Of a stretch of DNA of 64,000 nt, positions 26,110 to 39,781 are shown one piece after another (positions within the stretch are counted from its first letter, which is position 1; every line of letters starts with the position of its first letter). The DNA is from Cycas panzhihuaensis. Its lineage: Eukaryota > Plantae > Cycadophyta. The stretch is taken from assembly GCA_023213395.1 (NCBI GenBank), contig CM041465.1:58845741-58909740 (forward strand), written 5' to 3'. The translations under genes were made by a program, and so were the position numbers. The notes beneath the pieces were generated by a model. That model saw only the letters and a program-made list of their open reading frames with translations, made no database searches and was not told the origin of the DNA.

Positions 26110-27500
26110 TAACAATGAAGATTGTCACTGATTCCTTCTTTGATATATCCTTATAACTTAAGTGTATTTGGCCTTATGTGTCTCAACATGGCTAAGAAAA
26201 ACATCTGAGATGGGGTGTCTTCTAAGCCGGGGATTTTATCTTTTAAGGGTTTAAATTTTGATTCAATCTCTTCTTCTAACCCCTCGTCCATGGCCCTTAG
26301 CTTGATAGTGCATGATTATTTTCTTGTGCAATTATGTCAAAGTCCCCACTTCTCCCTACATCCACAACAAAGATCGTTTCTTTGAAGTTTCTCATATTTT
26401 GCCTTGGGTCCTTATTGTATTGCTTTGCCAAGTCCTCTAGGGTGTGCTACTTGTCTACTAACTTCCTTGTTGTCAGGTAACTTGCCTTGGTTCTCTCATG
26501 CATATGGTAAGTTTTACTCCCCTTACTTGACCCAACCTTGTCTTTGAATATGCAAATGCAACTCATTGCCTTATTTATATCTTATGCATCTAATGTTTTA
26601 ACATTGACTTGAGTTTCTATGGCTAGGTTGTTGATATGTAACTTAAGTAATCTATTAGTTGGGATATCTTCTACTATATAAGCTAACCTAGTGAAAGCTT
26701 TACTTTACTCCTCCATTGACCTAATATATCTTGATCTCCTTAAACCACAATATAAATTTCTATTTGAAGTCATCTAAAATCTTTCTATGAAGAATTTGAC
26801 AAACTTGCCCCGTGAAGTTATATAATTCTTGAACATAGTTCTCTCCAAATTTTGCTACCACTAGCATGTGATATCATCTAAATGTAAAGTAGTAATCGAG
26901 TTTTTGTCACTAACTTCAATTTATTTGAGGTAGAAATATTATTCCATCAACTAGATCCACACCCTTGGCTAATGAGGGTTTTGTTATCTATTAAAACATT
27001 AGGTTATTATCTCTTCAAGCTTCTTCCTTTTCTATAGCAACAATGATTGAAGGTAATTGAAATATAGTTGAAAACTAATTATCTTTTAATCTTCTGCAAA
27101 CAAGCTCTAATAAAGGCTAGTATATCCAAGAATGGGTCCCTTAGCCTTTTTAGATTGGAACCATCATATCTTTTCAAAATAATCTTCTACCTTTTGTTTG
27201 TTCTTGTCATGTATCTTACCACCCTTTTCTTGCCCCCCTTGTTTTTTCTTTGGTAGATTATTGTCTTCTTAAAATCTTAAGTTATTCAAGCACTTCTTAT
27301 ACTATGATATTTAGCATAGTATTAGATGCATCTAAGGATTCCTTAATTGCTATGGTTATAAACTAGATCCATTGCTTTTGTAGCCGCTTTGCTTCACTTC
27401 ATAGGCTTTCTACTTCGCTTTTGGCCTCCAAGAATGGATTGACCATGGTGGTAATAGAAAAGGAATGGTTTTAAATGATGGTGTGAAGAAGGATAGTGGG
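26110..27500 (-). pseudogene. Gypsy-0: gag and start of protease of an older minus-strand Gypsy element, interrupted by Gypsy-1
   Basis: Minus strand reads VWI*LME*YFYL..TLHLDDITC*W, RNDLCCGCREKWGL*HNC (gag Cys motif) and KKESVTIFIV (protease start) up to 26110. Confidence 0.75.
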
Positions 27501-27984
27501 TTGAGGAATGGGAAATAACTCAAGTTTTGGTACCTAGTTTATGTAGCAACAACTTTAGTGGGTATTTTGCAAGCCATCCATAATAGTGGGTTTTGTAAGA
27601 AAGGCACACCGAGTGGTAGGTTGATCAACATACCAAATGGTAGGTCAACCCTACATACTAAAGGTAAGCCAACAAACACATTGAGCATAAAGTTGAAGGC
27701 CATATGGATATGGTTATGAAGGTGGGCATTTCTTAATATGTGAATACCTAGATACAATCCATGATATAATTAATTACATGATTGACCATGTCAATATTAC
27801 TATAAGTTAACGAACAAGCATTATGATATAATGCAATGTCATGTCATTTATGTAGGGTCAAATGTTGGCATGAGATGAAAGAGCATATTTTCATGAGATT
27901 TGATGTGAAAGCCAAGTTCTGACTATTGAAGTATTATCTATAGTTAGTAATGAAATACTAAGGGTTGGTGTGCTATAGTTGAAG

Positions 27985-28152
27985 TATGTTGTCTTATGCC
28001 ACAAACATATGTTGTTCTCTTTATAAGATTTGCCTTTTATCATCATTATTGAGTTTGCAAACATGCCTTATGTTGTCTTATGCCATAAACCTATGTTGTT
28101 CTCTTTATAAGATTTGCTTTTATCATCATTATTGAGTTTGCAAACTTGCCTT
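27985..28152. repeat. Tandem duplication of an ~84-bp unit (2 copies)
   Basis: tatgttgtcttatgcc...gagtttgcaaac(a/t)tgcct at 27985-28068 and 28069-28152. Confidence 0.92.
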
Positions 28153-29904
28153 GGGTTTCGCTTTGGATTGGCCTAAGTTCACCGAACATGGTGAACCCGC
28201 ATATCCAAAATGTTCACCCCAAAAGAATATCGAAAACTAATTTTAAAATTTTCTAAAACAAACTTCTCGAAGTCTAAAAGCACAATACATTAAGCATTTT
28301 ACCTTGGAAAGAGAAAATCTCATTCTAAACAAGCTATGAGAAACTAGAAGACTTGCAAATGAAACCGCACTTCGAAAAGACCCCATTGACCCTACTAAAA
28401 AAATGTCACACCTGATACGACCCATGAAAACATCGCTGAATTGGGGAAATTGAGCGGATGGCCTGAACGCCTGAAATTTTCTTTTATCGTCATTTGATTT
28501 ATGAACAAAAATAAAGGAAAAAGTGTATTAATTTTGGTTATTTGATTTTCGGTTCTAGGGGTCCAGGCCAATTGATGTGGGTAGCCTTTCTATGGGGGGT
28601 TCCCCCGACCCAGCAAACTTATTTCTGGCACTGCTTTTGCTTTTGAGATGTCCGTGTTATATGGCGCATTCCCATTACCTGGAACACACGGGATTTTGGG
28701 GTGTAAATCGTTGTCGCATTTTTTATTCACAAAAAGTCGAAGCAGAGGTACCAACATTCGTGAATGCACATAGATGGGAATATATAGTTTGGTACAGCTC
28801 TATCATCTTCCTCTCACCAAACAAAGTGTGGCTCTGCGGTGCCTAACAGAGTTGCAACTCACTCACTTTCTGAAGCAGCAGGAGGCTCATGAGAACGTAG
28901 GTGATGCAGGATGGCAGACTGCTGGCTGGACCCCACTCCACCAAACGATGATATATTTTCTCTTTTTTGGAACTATGAATCTGATTGGGAGAACTGACTT
29001 CAGTCTTGCGGTCCTCAGAACACTATGGGGTCTTCTGTGTCTCGCGGGGTTTGAAAGCTGGTAATTTTTTGGTTAATTTTAAGAGCTAGAGTTGGAACTG
29101 TACTCTATAGAAGTTAATATATGTTTTTTCTGATTACATTTATACCCCGGATGTTTCACCTTTTTTATTGATAGAATATACATCATTCCCAACAGAAAGA
29201 AAAAGGGCAAAATGCTCGCACAAGGTCACAATAATTTCAAAAACAATATCAAAAATTAAGGTGTGGCTTGTCTCCCCAAAAAAAAACAGGCAAATTCAGC
29301 TAAGCTGAGAGCCAAAAACTAAATCATGAAAATCTGGGAATTTCATTAATAATACAATGTATATAATATAAAAGGGATAGATTCACTCAATGCTGTCAAT
29401 AGCAGACCGCAAGCACACCTTCAAAAGGCATTGACAAGTGGATGATTTCCTACTTGTAGACCCCATCAAGCGTTGTTGCGGCTGATGGAATTTATTTATC
29501 CTGAAACAGAATCAGCACTCACAAAATTGGCAACAGCGTGGATTACTTCTATTGGCTGTGATTTTCAAGCATCCGTTGTCACTATCAGGTTCGGTCAATC
29601 AAATAAGTACAGTGGGATCAAGGTCTTTCCCATATTTTCCATGCAACAATGTTGGTGGACCATTTGCAGATAATATTGCGGCATGCTTGCCGTTTGCAGA
29701 GCATCTACAATTTCATAGATTCTACTGACGCATTTGCACAAAGGTCCTCTCATCAGAACTAAAGTAACATCCTGAAGTTGGATACATGGAAATTTCAGCC
29801 ACAGATGAATCGACCAATAGGGCTAAGACACCTTCAAATCTGCTCAAAATTGAATATTGACAGCATCATTTACAATACATATATACAGGAATCTTCATGC
29901 TTGG

Positions 29905-30668
29905 TCAGTCTTCCACTTCTTCCAATTTAGCTCTTTTAGCGGCAGCCACTTTTCTAACAGAGATTCCCCACTTGAGTGCAGCTTTCAGCTTTAACCATCC
30001 CATATATGCTTTACCATGTAGAGAAGCCTGCGACATATTGAAGTCCACATCTGATGTTGTAGGAAGGGCGGTAAAAGTGAAGCCGTGATCTATTTGTGTG
30101 TTTGGAAATAAGTTATATGCTTGTTCAGCCGTGCCTGCATTAAAAATACGAATCCAATTTTGCATTTGTGCCTGAACATCTTCAACATTCAATACTCGAT
30201 TTTCCAATTCAGATGACAGTTCACTAATGGGTTTGGTATAATAAAATCCCTCCATCCCTTCATGGGGCTCCCTATTCCAATCATTTCTGACAACATGACG
30301 TTCTCCATATTGGTCCCTAACACTCCTCTCTTCATATTCACTCCTCAAACTATTTCTTCCTATAACCTCATTCCTAATACCATCCCTAGGCATATGAGAA
30401 TTGAGATTCTGTGCTTGATAAGGTAAGACAGGAGAGCCCATCAGCAAATGTCGAGGACCAAGGGCTAAGGATGAAGATCCTAAACCTTGAATATCCATAT
30501 TCTGTTGGGTAAAACCTGTTCCTATTGCAACTTGATTGGGTGTTGCAATGTTTAAATTATCACCAGCATGAAGCCAACCGGTGCTGACCTGCTCTGTGGA
30601 CTGGTTATGGTCTATAAACCTGCTAACCATCATCTGTGACTTGAGGCCTGCTTGTGCTCCCTGCCCAT
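29905..30668 (-). CDS. CBP60: CBP60 exon 8 (C-terminal calmodulin-binding domain, stop)
   Basis: [36 protein letters not shown]. Confidence 0.94.
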
Positions 30669-33600
30669 CTGCAGAAGCATGCGTAAGTTATTAAGTTTCT
30701 AAAAAGAGCATCTATAATAAATGCCAAAAGCCTGTTTCAAGTAATAGCTGACTATATTGGCGAGTAAAGTTCAAGTACCATGCTCTCGTGATAAATCTGT
30801 CATTTGAAAGATAGAACCTCGAGATCCTTGGATATCATCAGCAACTTCTATATGAGCACTTAATGTTTGAGATGCATGACTGATCTGGAATCCTCCCTCA
30901 TATTCAATCACATTATCCCAATGTTTATATGCATGTCTTACCAACCTTTCTACATAGGGCTGCACAGTAGCAAATTGTAAGAGTTACACAGTCAGACCTA
31001 ATGCCCTAGCATACCAAGAGCATATACTATAAATTTGGTTCTAAAGAAGAGAACTAGAATTCCAGGGATCTTACTTTTTGAGCTTCTGTAAGGTCATGCA
31101 CAGGAATGCTCTGGCCCTCTGCAATAAGCCCCACCAATTCACATATGATATTAAAGACAACTCCAATATTGTGCTGCGCATCAGCATAATGCACAAAATA
31201 CTTGTTATTGAGATCACATGTCCTGGCGTGATCCACTGTTCCTTCCCACATTTTGTTTGACATTCCAGTGCCAAGGATCTGCAAATTTTTAACGGATTGC
31301 AAATGCTTTAGGCCTACAAAGGGCACTGACCAACAATCCACTTCTGTAGACTCACATAAAAGATCTTTCGTTTCTCACATTGAAAACTCTGATGGTAAGG
31401 ATTAGACATCAAAACCGAAGTAAAAGAATACTAATATTACCTGGCGAAGTCTTTGGGGATCCATAACCACTAGCCGTAAGAAGTCCTGCACTGTGTAAAT
31501 ACCTTCATTATTCAACCGTTTATGGAAAGCACCATCTTTGCCTATTTTGTCCAGACGCCAGACGTCATCATGCAGTGCTGGAGGATAGTGCTTCTTATAC
31601 ACTGCAAAGAAAAAGTCAACATTGCTTAGTTATTTCACTTCTACCTTTTGATGGGAAGGGATGTTTCAGCGACTAGAGAATGCGGGTTATCTGAAACATA
31701 TTTTCATTTGACAATCTTTCATATGTCCAACTATTTATCTAGGGGTAAATGCTAACTTTTTATTTCAAATAGTTTTCCAGATTATGTGAATTCCATCCCC
31801 GTATGCGTAGTTCCAATGAAATGCATTTTAGAAACATTTCATGTAATAAAAAAACTCCAGGAAACATTGACTAAAATTAATCCCTAAGTCAACAATTTTA
31901 TAAGTTTAAGGTTAAACTACTATCATTCATGAGAAAAGCACTATGTATGATTTAGGTTTTAGCTTTGATTTAATGGTTACACTGCAAACATTCATTAATT
32001 TTCAAAGTTTCCAATGGTCAAATCTGCAATGACCATTTCATATGTTTTAATCAGAATTGAAATGCCTTCTGGAAACATTTCACTGGATTGTGCATTTTTA
32101 AGTTCTGTCACAACTATGCTGCAAACAATTCTATTAACTTTCCATGTAAAGGGAAAAGGAGCAATCAAAATTGTAAACCCTGCCTTTGTGTTTCATTACC
32201 TGTCCAATAAGAAGTCATCAAGCTTTTCTTCCTAATACAACACATTTTGAAGAATAGTCGTCTTAAAAAATATGTAAGAATGAAGACTTAAAAAAACGCA
32301 TCTGCACTCTATTGTATTCAGTAAACTAGTTCCTATTTCAATAATGCACAATTCAAACGATCTGGGAAAAGCATTCGAGTTATTTTGATAACTATTAGGA
32401 AAGTCACAGAAAATTTTCCCAGGGGCAATGAAAGTCTTATGCTGACAGTTATTAAAACATTTGAGGGCTGTGAATATGCACCGATTTGATAATTTTATTG
32501 TAAAGTATTCAGTATACCAAAATATTATGACTCGAAAATATTTAAAAAATCCCTAAGATCCAGTTGACATCAGTTGTTTGTGCTACTCATCTAAGGACAA
32601 ATTATCCAATCCAAGAATGCTACATCATAGCCGTTTTTTTTTTTTTTAATTTCAACCAGCAATAAATGCAATTCAACCAGGGCCAATTGTTGGTCAATCA
32701 TGCTAAGGGGCCTGCTACATAGCCACCCGATCCCCTTTTCAATAGAGTCTTGTAACAAGCATGGCAGCCCTCAAGTACAGTAAAAGTACAAGATTTTGAG
32801 AAAAGGGTACAGAAAATATGGCAGTGCATAAAGGTGCAAAATATGAAATGAACTCAAGAAAACTGCACACATAAAATAAATATTATGTAGTATGAGATGT
32901 TGTATTTGTTTCACTTGTATGATATATTAGGTCAAAGTGGGCTAGTTTTCATGCATGCAAAATATGAAACGGACTTGAGATTTTATTCCTTTATTTTAGG
33001 TTTGACTGGGCTAGTTTGGTTTTAAAGCTTTGCGGGTCCTATTTTGTATTTTAAGTGATAGATACACCAAGGGTCCAAATGGGTACGAGTTAATCCACTA
33101 AAACGGGGCTTTGGTCTAATGTTAAGATGCAAGTGTTAGTGCATGCAAAACCACATTTCAATAACCATGGACACATCATTGTAATGCTAGCCTTTGAAAA
33201 AAAAAAATAAAAGGTAAAAAAGGTGATGGTTTTGAAGTTAGGTTTTCATACTTCAATTCAAAATATGTTACAAAGTCAAAATTTGCAGCTTGTATGCAGG
33301 GAACTGCAATTTTGCATATTAATTGATGGACTTGGCAATAATTTTGCATTTGATGATGGTTTTGGGTAATGGGAAATATTGAATATTTGCAAGGTTTACA
33401 ATCTGCAGAAGAATTATTGCTGTGAGCAGTGATTGTTGTCCTGATGATCGTGATCATGATCTACAGTAGATGTCTGATCACAATCCTGCTGAACCCATTT
33501 GAAGATGATTGTGAACTCACTGATAAGGATTGTGATCTGATACTTCTGTGTTTAACTAGTTGGAGATAGATTGCTTCTCTTATGTACTTTTGGAGGCCTA

Positions 33601-36600
33601 CAGACAAAGGACCAAGTTAAAAAACAGATAAGCTGTAAACTTCCTTATATAGGAGTAGTAGTTATTAGTTAAGGTGGTAGTTAACTGTCAAGTTGGTTAG
33701 AGTTGGTTGCAATTGATAACCCAGCATATAAGTAATAGAAAATGATATAAGGGATATTAGTCTCACCTTTTCGAGAATCCTGACTTGAGTCAGGATTGAT
33801 CCAGCAAATGTATTAGAAAAGTCACATCTACTTGCAGGGTAACTAGACGTACATCTTTCTAACATGAATAGAATCTGAATTCTGCCATTTATTGTGCTGA
33901 TTATTGCTGATTGCCTCTAACCAAAGCATGAGTGTAATAAGAGAGGGGCAGCAATCTTGCATCTGATTCTGTTGCGTCTTTGCCTGTTTGCAGGTTGGTT
34001 AGTTGTGGATTTTCTGTGGATGATTTCCCCCAACAGTTCTTGAATGAGGCCAACTATCCTGAATATGGTATGTTCAGCTAACAGTCAACACAGCTGCTTT
34101 TATGAAATAAAGTGCAACAGAAAAGGCTAAGTTTCCTGACACTTTTGCATGTTAAAATTATTAGGAGTTTGTTCCCAAGGTATAGATCAAGCAGTAAGGC
34201 ACCCTCCCTTTCACAGACTTGTTGGCAGGAATTCGAATCTCATTGGCAATACCCTCTCTACAACCAAGAATGTAGCAAGACCAACACCAAAATAATAATT
34301 AATCAGCAGATATAGTCAGATATAATTGTCAAAATATACTAATCAGCAATAACAACAGCAGAAGCAGTGAATGCCAGGCACTAAAGTGCCAAAATAACAG
34401 ACAATAACCCATTATGAAAAGAATAATAATTCATGCCTTTTTGGGATATCACGGCTCCCCTATGTATAGGCAAATAATTGGCCTTTATGGAGCCGACTTC
34501 ACTAGTAAAATATTGGTTATCATTTGGCTCATTACAAAGACTTGCAATGGGAGGGCCACGATAGAATCAAAGAAGTCATAGTCTTACCAATTTGTTTAAA
34601 AACCATGAATGTATGAGCACAGAAAGGACATGACAGGGGGAAAAGAACAATGAAAATATGAGTACCGGAAAAGCATGACAGCAAGAAAAGAGCAATAGAA
34701 AGAGTGCGAAGAGGAAACTTACATTCTCCCCGGTGATCCTTGACGGTGAAGGCTTCTGTCATTGCTTCTCGTACTCTAATTCCATCATCGGCACCCCCTG
34801 CAACTCTGGCTCCAAGCCTGAATTTACGACTTCTTATCCAGCTGGAATTATCAGTAAAGGTTAATTCCCCCAGAATTCCAATACCATCTTTCAGTGTAAT
34901 GACCAAGTCACCAGTAAGAAGTGGACGCTTCCCCTCCCTCTCTCGAACCACATGAATATCAAATTCTTCCACAGTCCAATCTTCATCTTCATCAGGTACA
35001 AAGTCACCTTCAAGAACAGTTATCTCCACCTTCATTGAAGATTCCGGCCCTGATTTGATCACTTCTCCGGTAGAAGCATCTAAAAGTGCTATGTGAATTG
35101 GGTGATTTTGCTCCCCTTCTACTCTGCTCCCGGTGAAAAGAGGAAGAGACAGCTTGTTTTGGAACTGTAATCGCATGTTTCTTGATTTAGATCCTTGTAT
35201 TTGCTTTGTGGAAGATCTACAACAAATTGCAACAAGGTACAGTCTTCAAAAGTCTTGAATATGACACATAGAGGATACCATAGTAAGTTACCAGGCTTTC
35301 CATTGCTGGATGCATTTGCCCATGGCTTTAGGTTGTGTGTGTGTGAAAGTGGTAGGATCCTGTAGGAATTGAGCCTGTAATGATAGTTTGGCAACTGCCA
35401 CCTAACATCCACCAGACCAAACCTGCTTCATCTGACATGCTATACAATCATATCTCATCATGCTTTCTAACAAGAATCAAAATTATGCAGCAACTTCCGT
35501 CCCTACCTTGCCTTTTCAAAGGCAAGGTTAAGATCCATTTCTTGAAAGAGATGGTTAAGATTGCAATTGTGCCTCTCACCTTGGCGGTGCAGGCACATGC
35601 TTTGCCAATGCTTTATCAACCTCCTCAGTTACCTGAAAAGAAGATGTGGATACCCACAGAATAAGCTTAACACTAAAATGTTACAAATGTGAAAAAACTT
35701 TGTAAATGTAAAACAGCTTGATATATAATTATAATGTACAATGTTCATGGACAATTCCATTTTAGAATTCGGTGTTCCTCTCTTTTGATTTTCTTCTTCC
35801 TCTTCTTGTCAGAGATGTGCCTTTAAACTGGACAACAGTGCTTTACATACTGTACATTCACTTCGTGATACTTCCTACTATTAGCACCTGTTCTTGTTTA
35901 AACAGAGGATGCCAATGTGATAAATGTACATAACAACAACGCTTCTTAGATAGACACTAAAAGCATTATCAATTAACTCAGATTTGAAAATCAATCCACC
36001 TTCAAGTTCTGAAATTGAGTGACATCTTGGTCAGTCCACTATATGAACCTTGTAATCTCTTTTTCTTACATTTACAATATGTTATTTCAGTTAGTTGAAT
36101 CTTACCGCGCCAGTTCTGATGTAGATCAGCCATGTTTCATTGCATTCTTTGCTGCTTGAATTCCTTACATAAGGATTTTACGCCTTAAAACAGTTGGAAC
36201 TGTTTGCCATGTATATTGTATACCATCACAATTTGCTCCAGGAGACCGTAGTGATATTTGGAATGCCCATCCTCTTATCTCTTTAATGTAAGTATCTATC
36301 ATAATCAAGGACACAATAATTCAATGTGCCTAAAAGGAGAATGTCAGTTACGAATAGATTGCAAAATAGTGTATCACGTGAACAGGATTCTTATTCGAGG
36401 ATAAAAGACAATTATGGTAGGGAGCAAAACGTCTTTCACCGAACGCTATCGTCTCATGATTCTTTATTCAAACTTATACGTTTTTGCATCTTACCCAAGG
36501 ATTGTGCTCGTGAGCTCTGAAAAGTAAGTACTGAGAAATATAAAAAGAGGGGTTTATGCACAACTTAATTCCAAGGCATTTTTCTTGTGAATGAGGTAGC

Positions 36601-37366
36601 TTTTAAACAAATTAAAAACAACTGTGAACTGAATCATCTGTTAAAAGTTTTCCTCTTTGCCCCTAATAAGCCAAGAACTTGTTTCAAGCATATTCAATTA
36701 CACTGTTTACAAGTATAACCGGTCCTGCAGATAAACTGGTGGCAGACTCTTGGCTTGTAATCCACCAATAGTATTGTAAGCACTCGGTTTTAACGCCCAC
36801 TTTTACTTCACGGTCTATGGGACTAAATATAAATAAATTAGAATATAAATGAATCGAAATTGCAAATAAATTATAAACAGGTGATGTTTTGGGGGTGTGG
36901 ACTATTTGTATATATGAGTTTTTTTCAGCTTGCCTAGAATATTGATTACGATCGCAGATGGAATGAAAGCATATCTATGCTGGAAATGTAATGGGTAGCT
37001 CAACAGAAGATTTTCCACTTCAACAGTAAACGCCATGCAGACAAAGAAAAGCCATCTTACCACTTTCCGAAGCAAGGGCTCTAAAGCTGAACAAAGCTTG
37101 TGCATCTTCATGGCTTCAGCTATGACACTGCAGACAATAAAACCCACAGCCGATCATCGGAACACGAACATTCTCCCAACTAGTCGTGAAATCATCATCT
37201 AACAATTCGCCCAAATAGGCTGTGGAAAACATTTACAACATCTTCTAACAATGTACCTTTCTCCTCCTACTCACCTTGCAAAGGAAGGGATTCGTGGGCG
37301 CTTTCCTTCTGGCAAATCGGCATCTCCAGAGTCATCGACATTCCCTAGAAGTCGCTTTGGGGCCAT
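29905..37366 (-). CDS. CBP60: Calmodulin-binding protein 60 transcription factor (prototypical CBP60b/c/d-like), 8 coding exons, 671 aa
   Basis: Exons 37366-37275, 37127-37061, 35632-35580, 35216-34723, 31601-31441, 31278-31075, 30959-30779, 30668-29905; all GT-AG with matching phases; 2016 nt; motifs [42 protein letters not shown]-terminal [12 protein letters not shown]. Confidence 0.96.
30779..30959 (-). CDS. CBP60: CBP60 exon 7
   Basis: [22 protein letters not shown]. Confidence 0.92.
31075..31278 (-). CDS. CBP60: CBP60 exon 6
   Basis: [21 protein letters not shown]...LTEAQK. Confidence 0.95.
31441..31601 (-). CDS. CBP60: CBP60 exon 5
   Basis: [29 protein letters not shown]. Confidence 0.96.
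34723..35216 (-). CDS. CBP60: CBP60 exon 4 (DNA-binding domain)
   Basis: [14 protein letters not shown]...FTVKDHRGE. Confidence 0.96.
35580..35632 (-). CDS. CBP60: CBP60 exon 3
   Basis: [17 protein letters not shown]; canonical splice sites. Confidence 0.88.
37061..37127 (-). CDS. CBP60: CBP60 exon 2
   Basis: [22 protein letters not shown]; cag| and |gtaag. Confidence 0.92.
37275..37366 (-). CDS. CBP60: CBP60 exon 1
   Basis: [30 protein letters not shown] then AG|GTGAG. Confidence 0.88.
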
Positions 37367-37579
37367 TTTTTGACTCTCGAACTTCAAACGGACCGAATAA
37401 AATCAAAATCAAAACGTTGAAGAGAATGAAAAGAAGATCTCGGGCAAATTCCAACAGGAATCCTCTGGTTTGGATGAGGCCACCGAATCCAAAGCCCTCG
37501 GATAGTGGAAGCACCAGAAAAGCTTGGGAAACTACACAGCCGACAACACTTCACAGAATCCCAGCTTCTCAGTTGCCCA

Positions 37580-38900
37580 GAAACCGCGGACACAAGGAAA
37601 CAATAATTACTAGCTGAAAGCACTCGGGAAAGGGGCAAAGCTCCAATATTAAAAGCACTAGAAGCCTCCGTCTGGAAATAATGATACGGGCAGGTCCGCG
37701 GAAGCTTCTGGCCAAATCTCAGAGCATAATACAAATCATGACCATAAGCCCAAAGAAACATATGGCGATTTGATCAATTGCTGACTTTTTCTGAACTTTT
37801 TTGGACAAAACAGAAAATGCATTATTATAATCCGAATTGCACCACTCTCGAGCAATCCGCGTGCGTCAAGGCATACCAAAACTTCTTAGAACCTTTGGAG
37901 CGGATTACTACAAATTGCATTTGGCCCAACGACCTCTGAGCAATTCAAACGTTTTGACTCCCCTTCATTTGGATGCTTCCACCTTTCTGCGCGGTCTACC
38001 CGTTCCGTAATCTCTTCAAACCCATCCCCATCAACCCATTATTAATTCGCGTCATCAATTTGACCCGCCTCAGCTCGTGGCTAACTTTGGCGTACCCAAG
38101 TTTTCCGTCAAATTTGACATTTAAAAACTGATTGCGGACGAAATTACATTGTATATATACGTGCGTTGTTTGACGTCTGAGCAAAAGCTGACTAATTTCA
38201 AGACATAGAAACGCGCACTCTGCAGTTTTGACGCGGCAAATGCCCTGAAAAGCGGTGCGCGCATTCCATACAACGCGTTTCAGGTGACACGAAGCTACGG
38301 GAACGGGTCAAGCCGTCCATGCCACCCCCACAAACGACCGTAAAACCAAAATTTATCCGAGCGAAAGGGTGGGGGGAGGCGGGAAAAGCACAGCGATGGC
38401 ACGAGGGTATATACGCAGTGCATATGCAATAATCAGTACGTATTGGTGATGCTAATTGCATTGGCAGGCCCGTCAGGTCATGGCTTTGGTGCCATGTCAC
38501 TTGTTGTGAAAATTTAAGAGTTTCCATTCTCATGTCCCTAATGGCTTTGCAACAGCCTCAGGCACGGTATGATGATGAAAGGGCTCCCGGCCGTGAAGCA
38601 GGGTGTTGAGGACGTATACCCAACCATAAAAACAATACTATCACCACAGAACCCTACTGGACCTGAGGTCAGTCAGCATGCGACGTGTATCCATCCAACG
38701 TGTGGTTAACCATTCGGGGATTCCGCGTATATACACCAACGGTAGGATACGTGCCGTCAGGACCGACGGAAAACGTCGCGCTTCAGTTCTTCCAACGAGA
38801 AGTCAACGAAAGACCCGGTCGTTTCTCTCAACTACACGGCAATGGCTGAGGTCATACTGCTGACGTTAGAAACCGCGTTAGCGCATGGACCGATGTCTAG
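37580..38900 (-). promoter_or_regulatory. CBP60 promoter/leader: CpG-rich region with about 12 CGCG cores, TGACG motifs, W-boxes and a TATA-like element
   Basis: CGCG at 37584, 37696, 37857, 37989, 38047, 38211, 38231, 38257, 38273, 38723, 38776, 38873; TGACG/CGTCA at 37864, 38050, 38171, 38229, 38861; W-box 38060, 38306; TATATATA ~38152. Confidence 0.6.
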
Positions 38901-39781
38901 CGAATAAGTGGGGGCAACGTGTTTTCTTCACATTCGCTGATACGTTTCCTGCCCTCCATTAAGAAAATTCTTGCCATCTACTTCCCCTTTTGACACGGCA
39001 TCCGTGCAGACCAAATCCCTAAATCATTATGCAGTCATTTATTCTTAAACCACTAACTAATCGGTATCGTGACAGAGAGTTTAATACTATTTTCCTTGGG
39101 AAATGAACTATCGATGAGCAACCGAACGCTGGACAAAGAGGCGTGCTATATCAATCAATCAGCATACCTTAGTTGAATAATTTCTATCTAGAAACCCATG
39201 CCAATGCTTTCCTTTTTCATGATAATTCTTTTTAATAAAATCATCAAATGGATTGAATGATGAGAACTTTGAAAGGGCACATGGGGTTTGAATTTCCTTT
39301 CCACGTCTCAAAGCAATATAATTAAGATCCAAAAGTTCAAAGGAATATAATTAATATCTAAAAGATCAATTGAATGACTGATTTTTGATTATCTCATTTC
39401 TCTCAAGTATTAATGAATAAATTTTTAAGTTATAAATTTTTTTAATTATCAAAAAGATTGTAAATCGGAAATTAAAAAATATTAATGTCTTGGGATTGAA
39501 TTTTTTAATATAAAGAATTGTAATAAAATTATGTTAAGATTTTTTTTTTCTTAAGTATAGTTAGGTTTAATTGAAAAATTGTATCCATAACTTAATCTTC
39601 TTTATGGAGGTTATATGAGAAGGATAAGGTATCAAGCTTATATATATGAGATTAATATGCTAATTAGAATTAGTAAAAGTTATTTGTTTTATATTAGAGT
39701 AATTCAAAGATTCATTACTTTGAGTTGGTAATTTCATTAAAATATGTAAAATGTTTTATAATAGAGTTATATCATTTTATC

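Noticed and set aside
28153-28590. Possible MULE/MITE with terminal inverted repeats (shared attggcct)
   Set aside because: The inverted match is only ~8 bp and no TSD was found
28774-29064. ORF containing GWTPLH (ankyrin-like hexapeptide)
   Set aside because: The rest of the ankyrin consensus is missing and there are no further repeats; probably chance
31806-33170. Possible hAT-type MITEs in CBP60 intron 4 (cgtagtt...aactatg; catgg...ccatg ends)
   Set aside because: Termini are very short and have no matching 8-bp TSDs
34740-37617. Plus-strand ORFs overlapping CBP60
   Set aside because: Antisense shadows of exons or intronic chance ORFs
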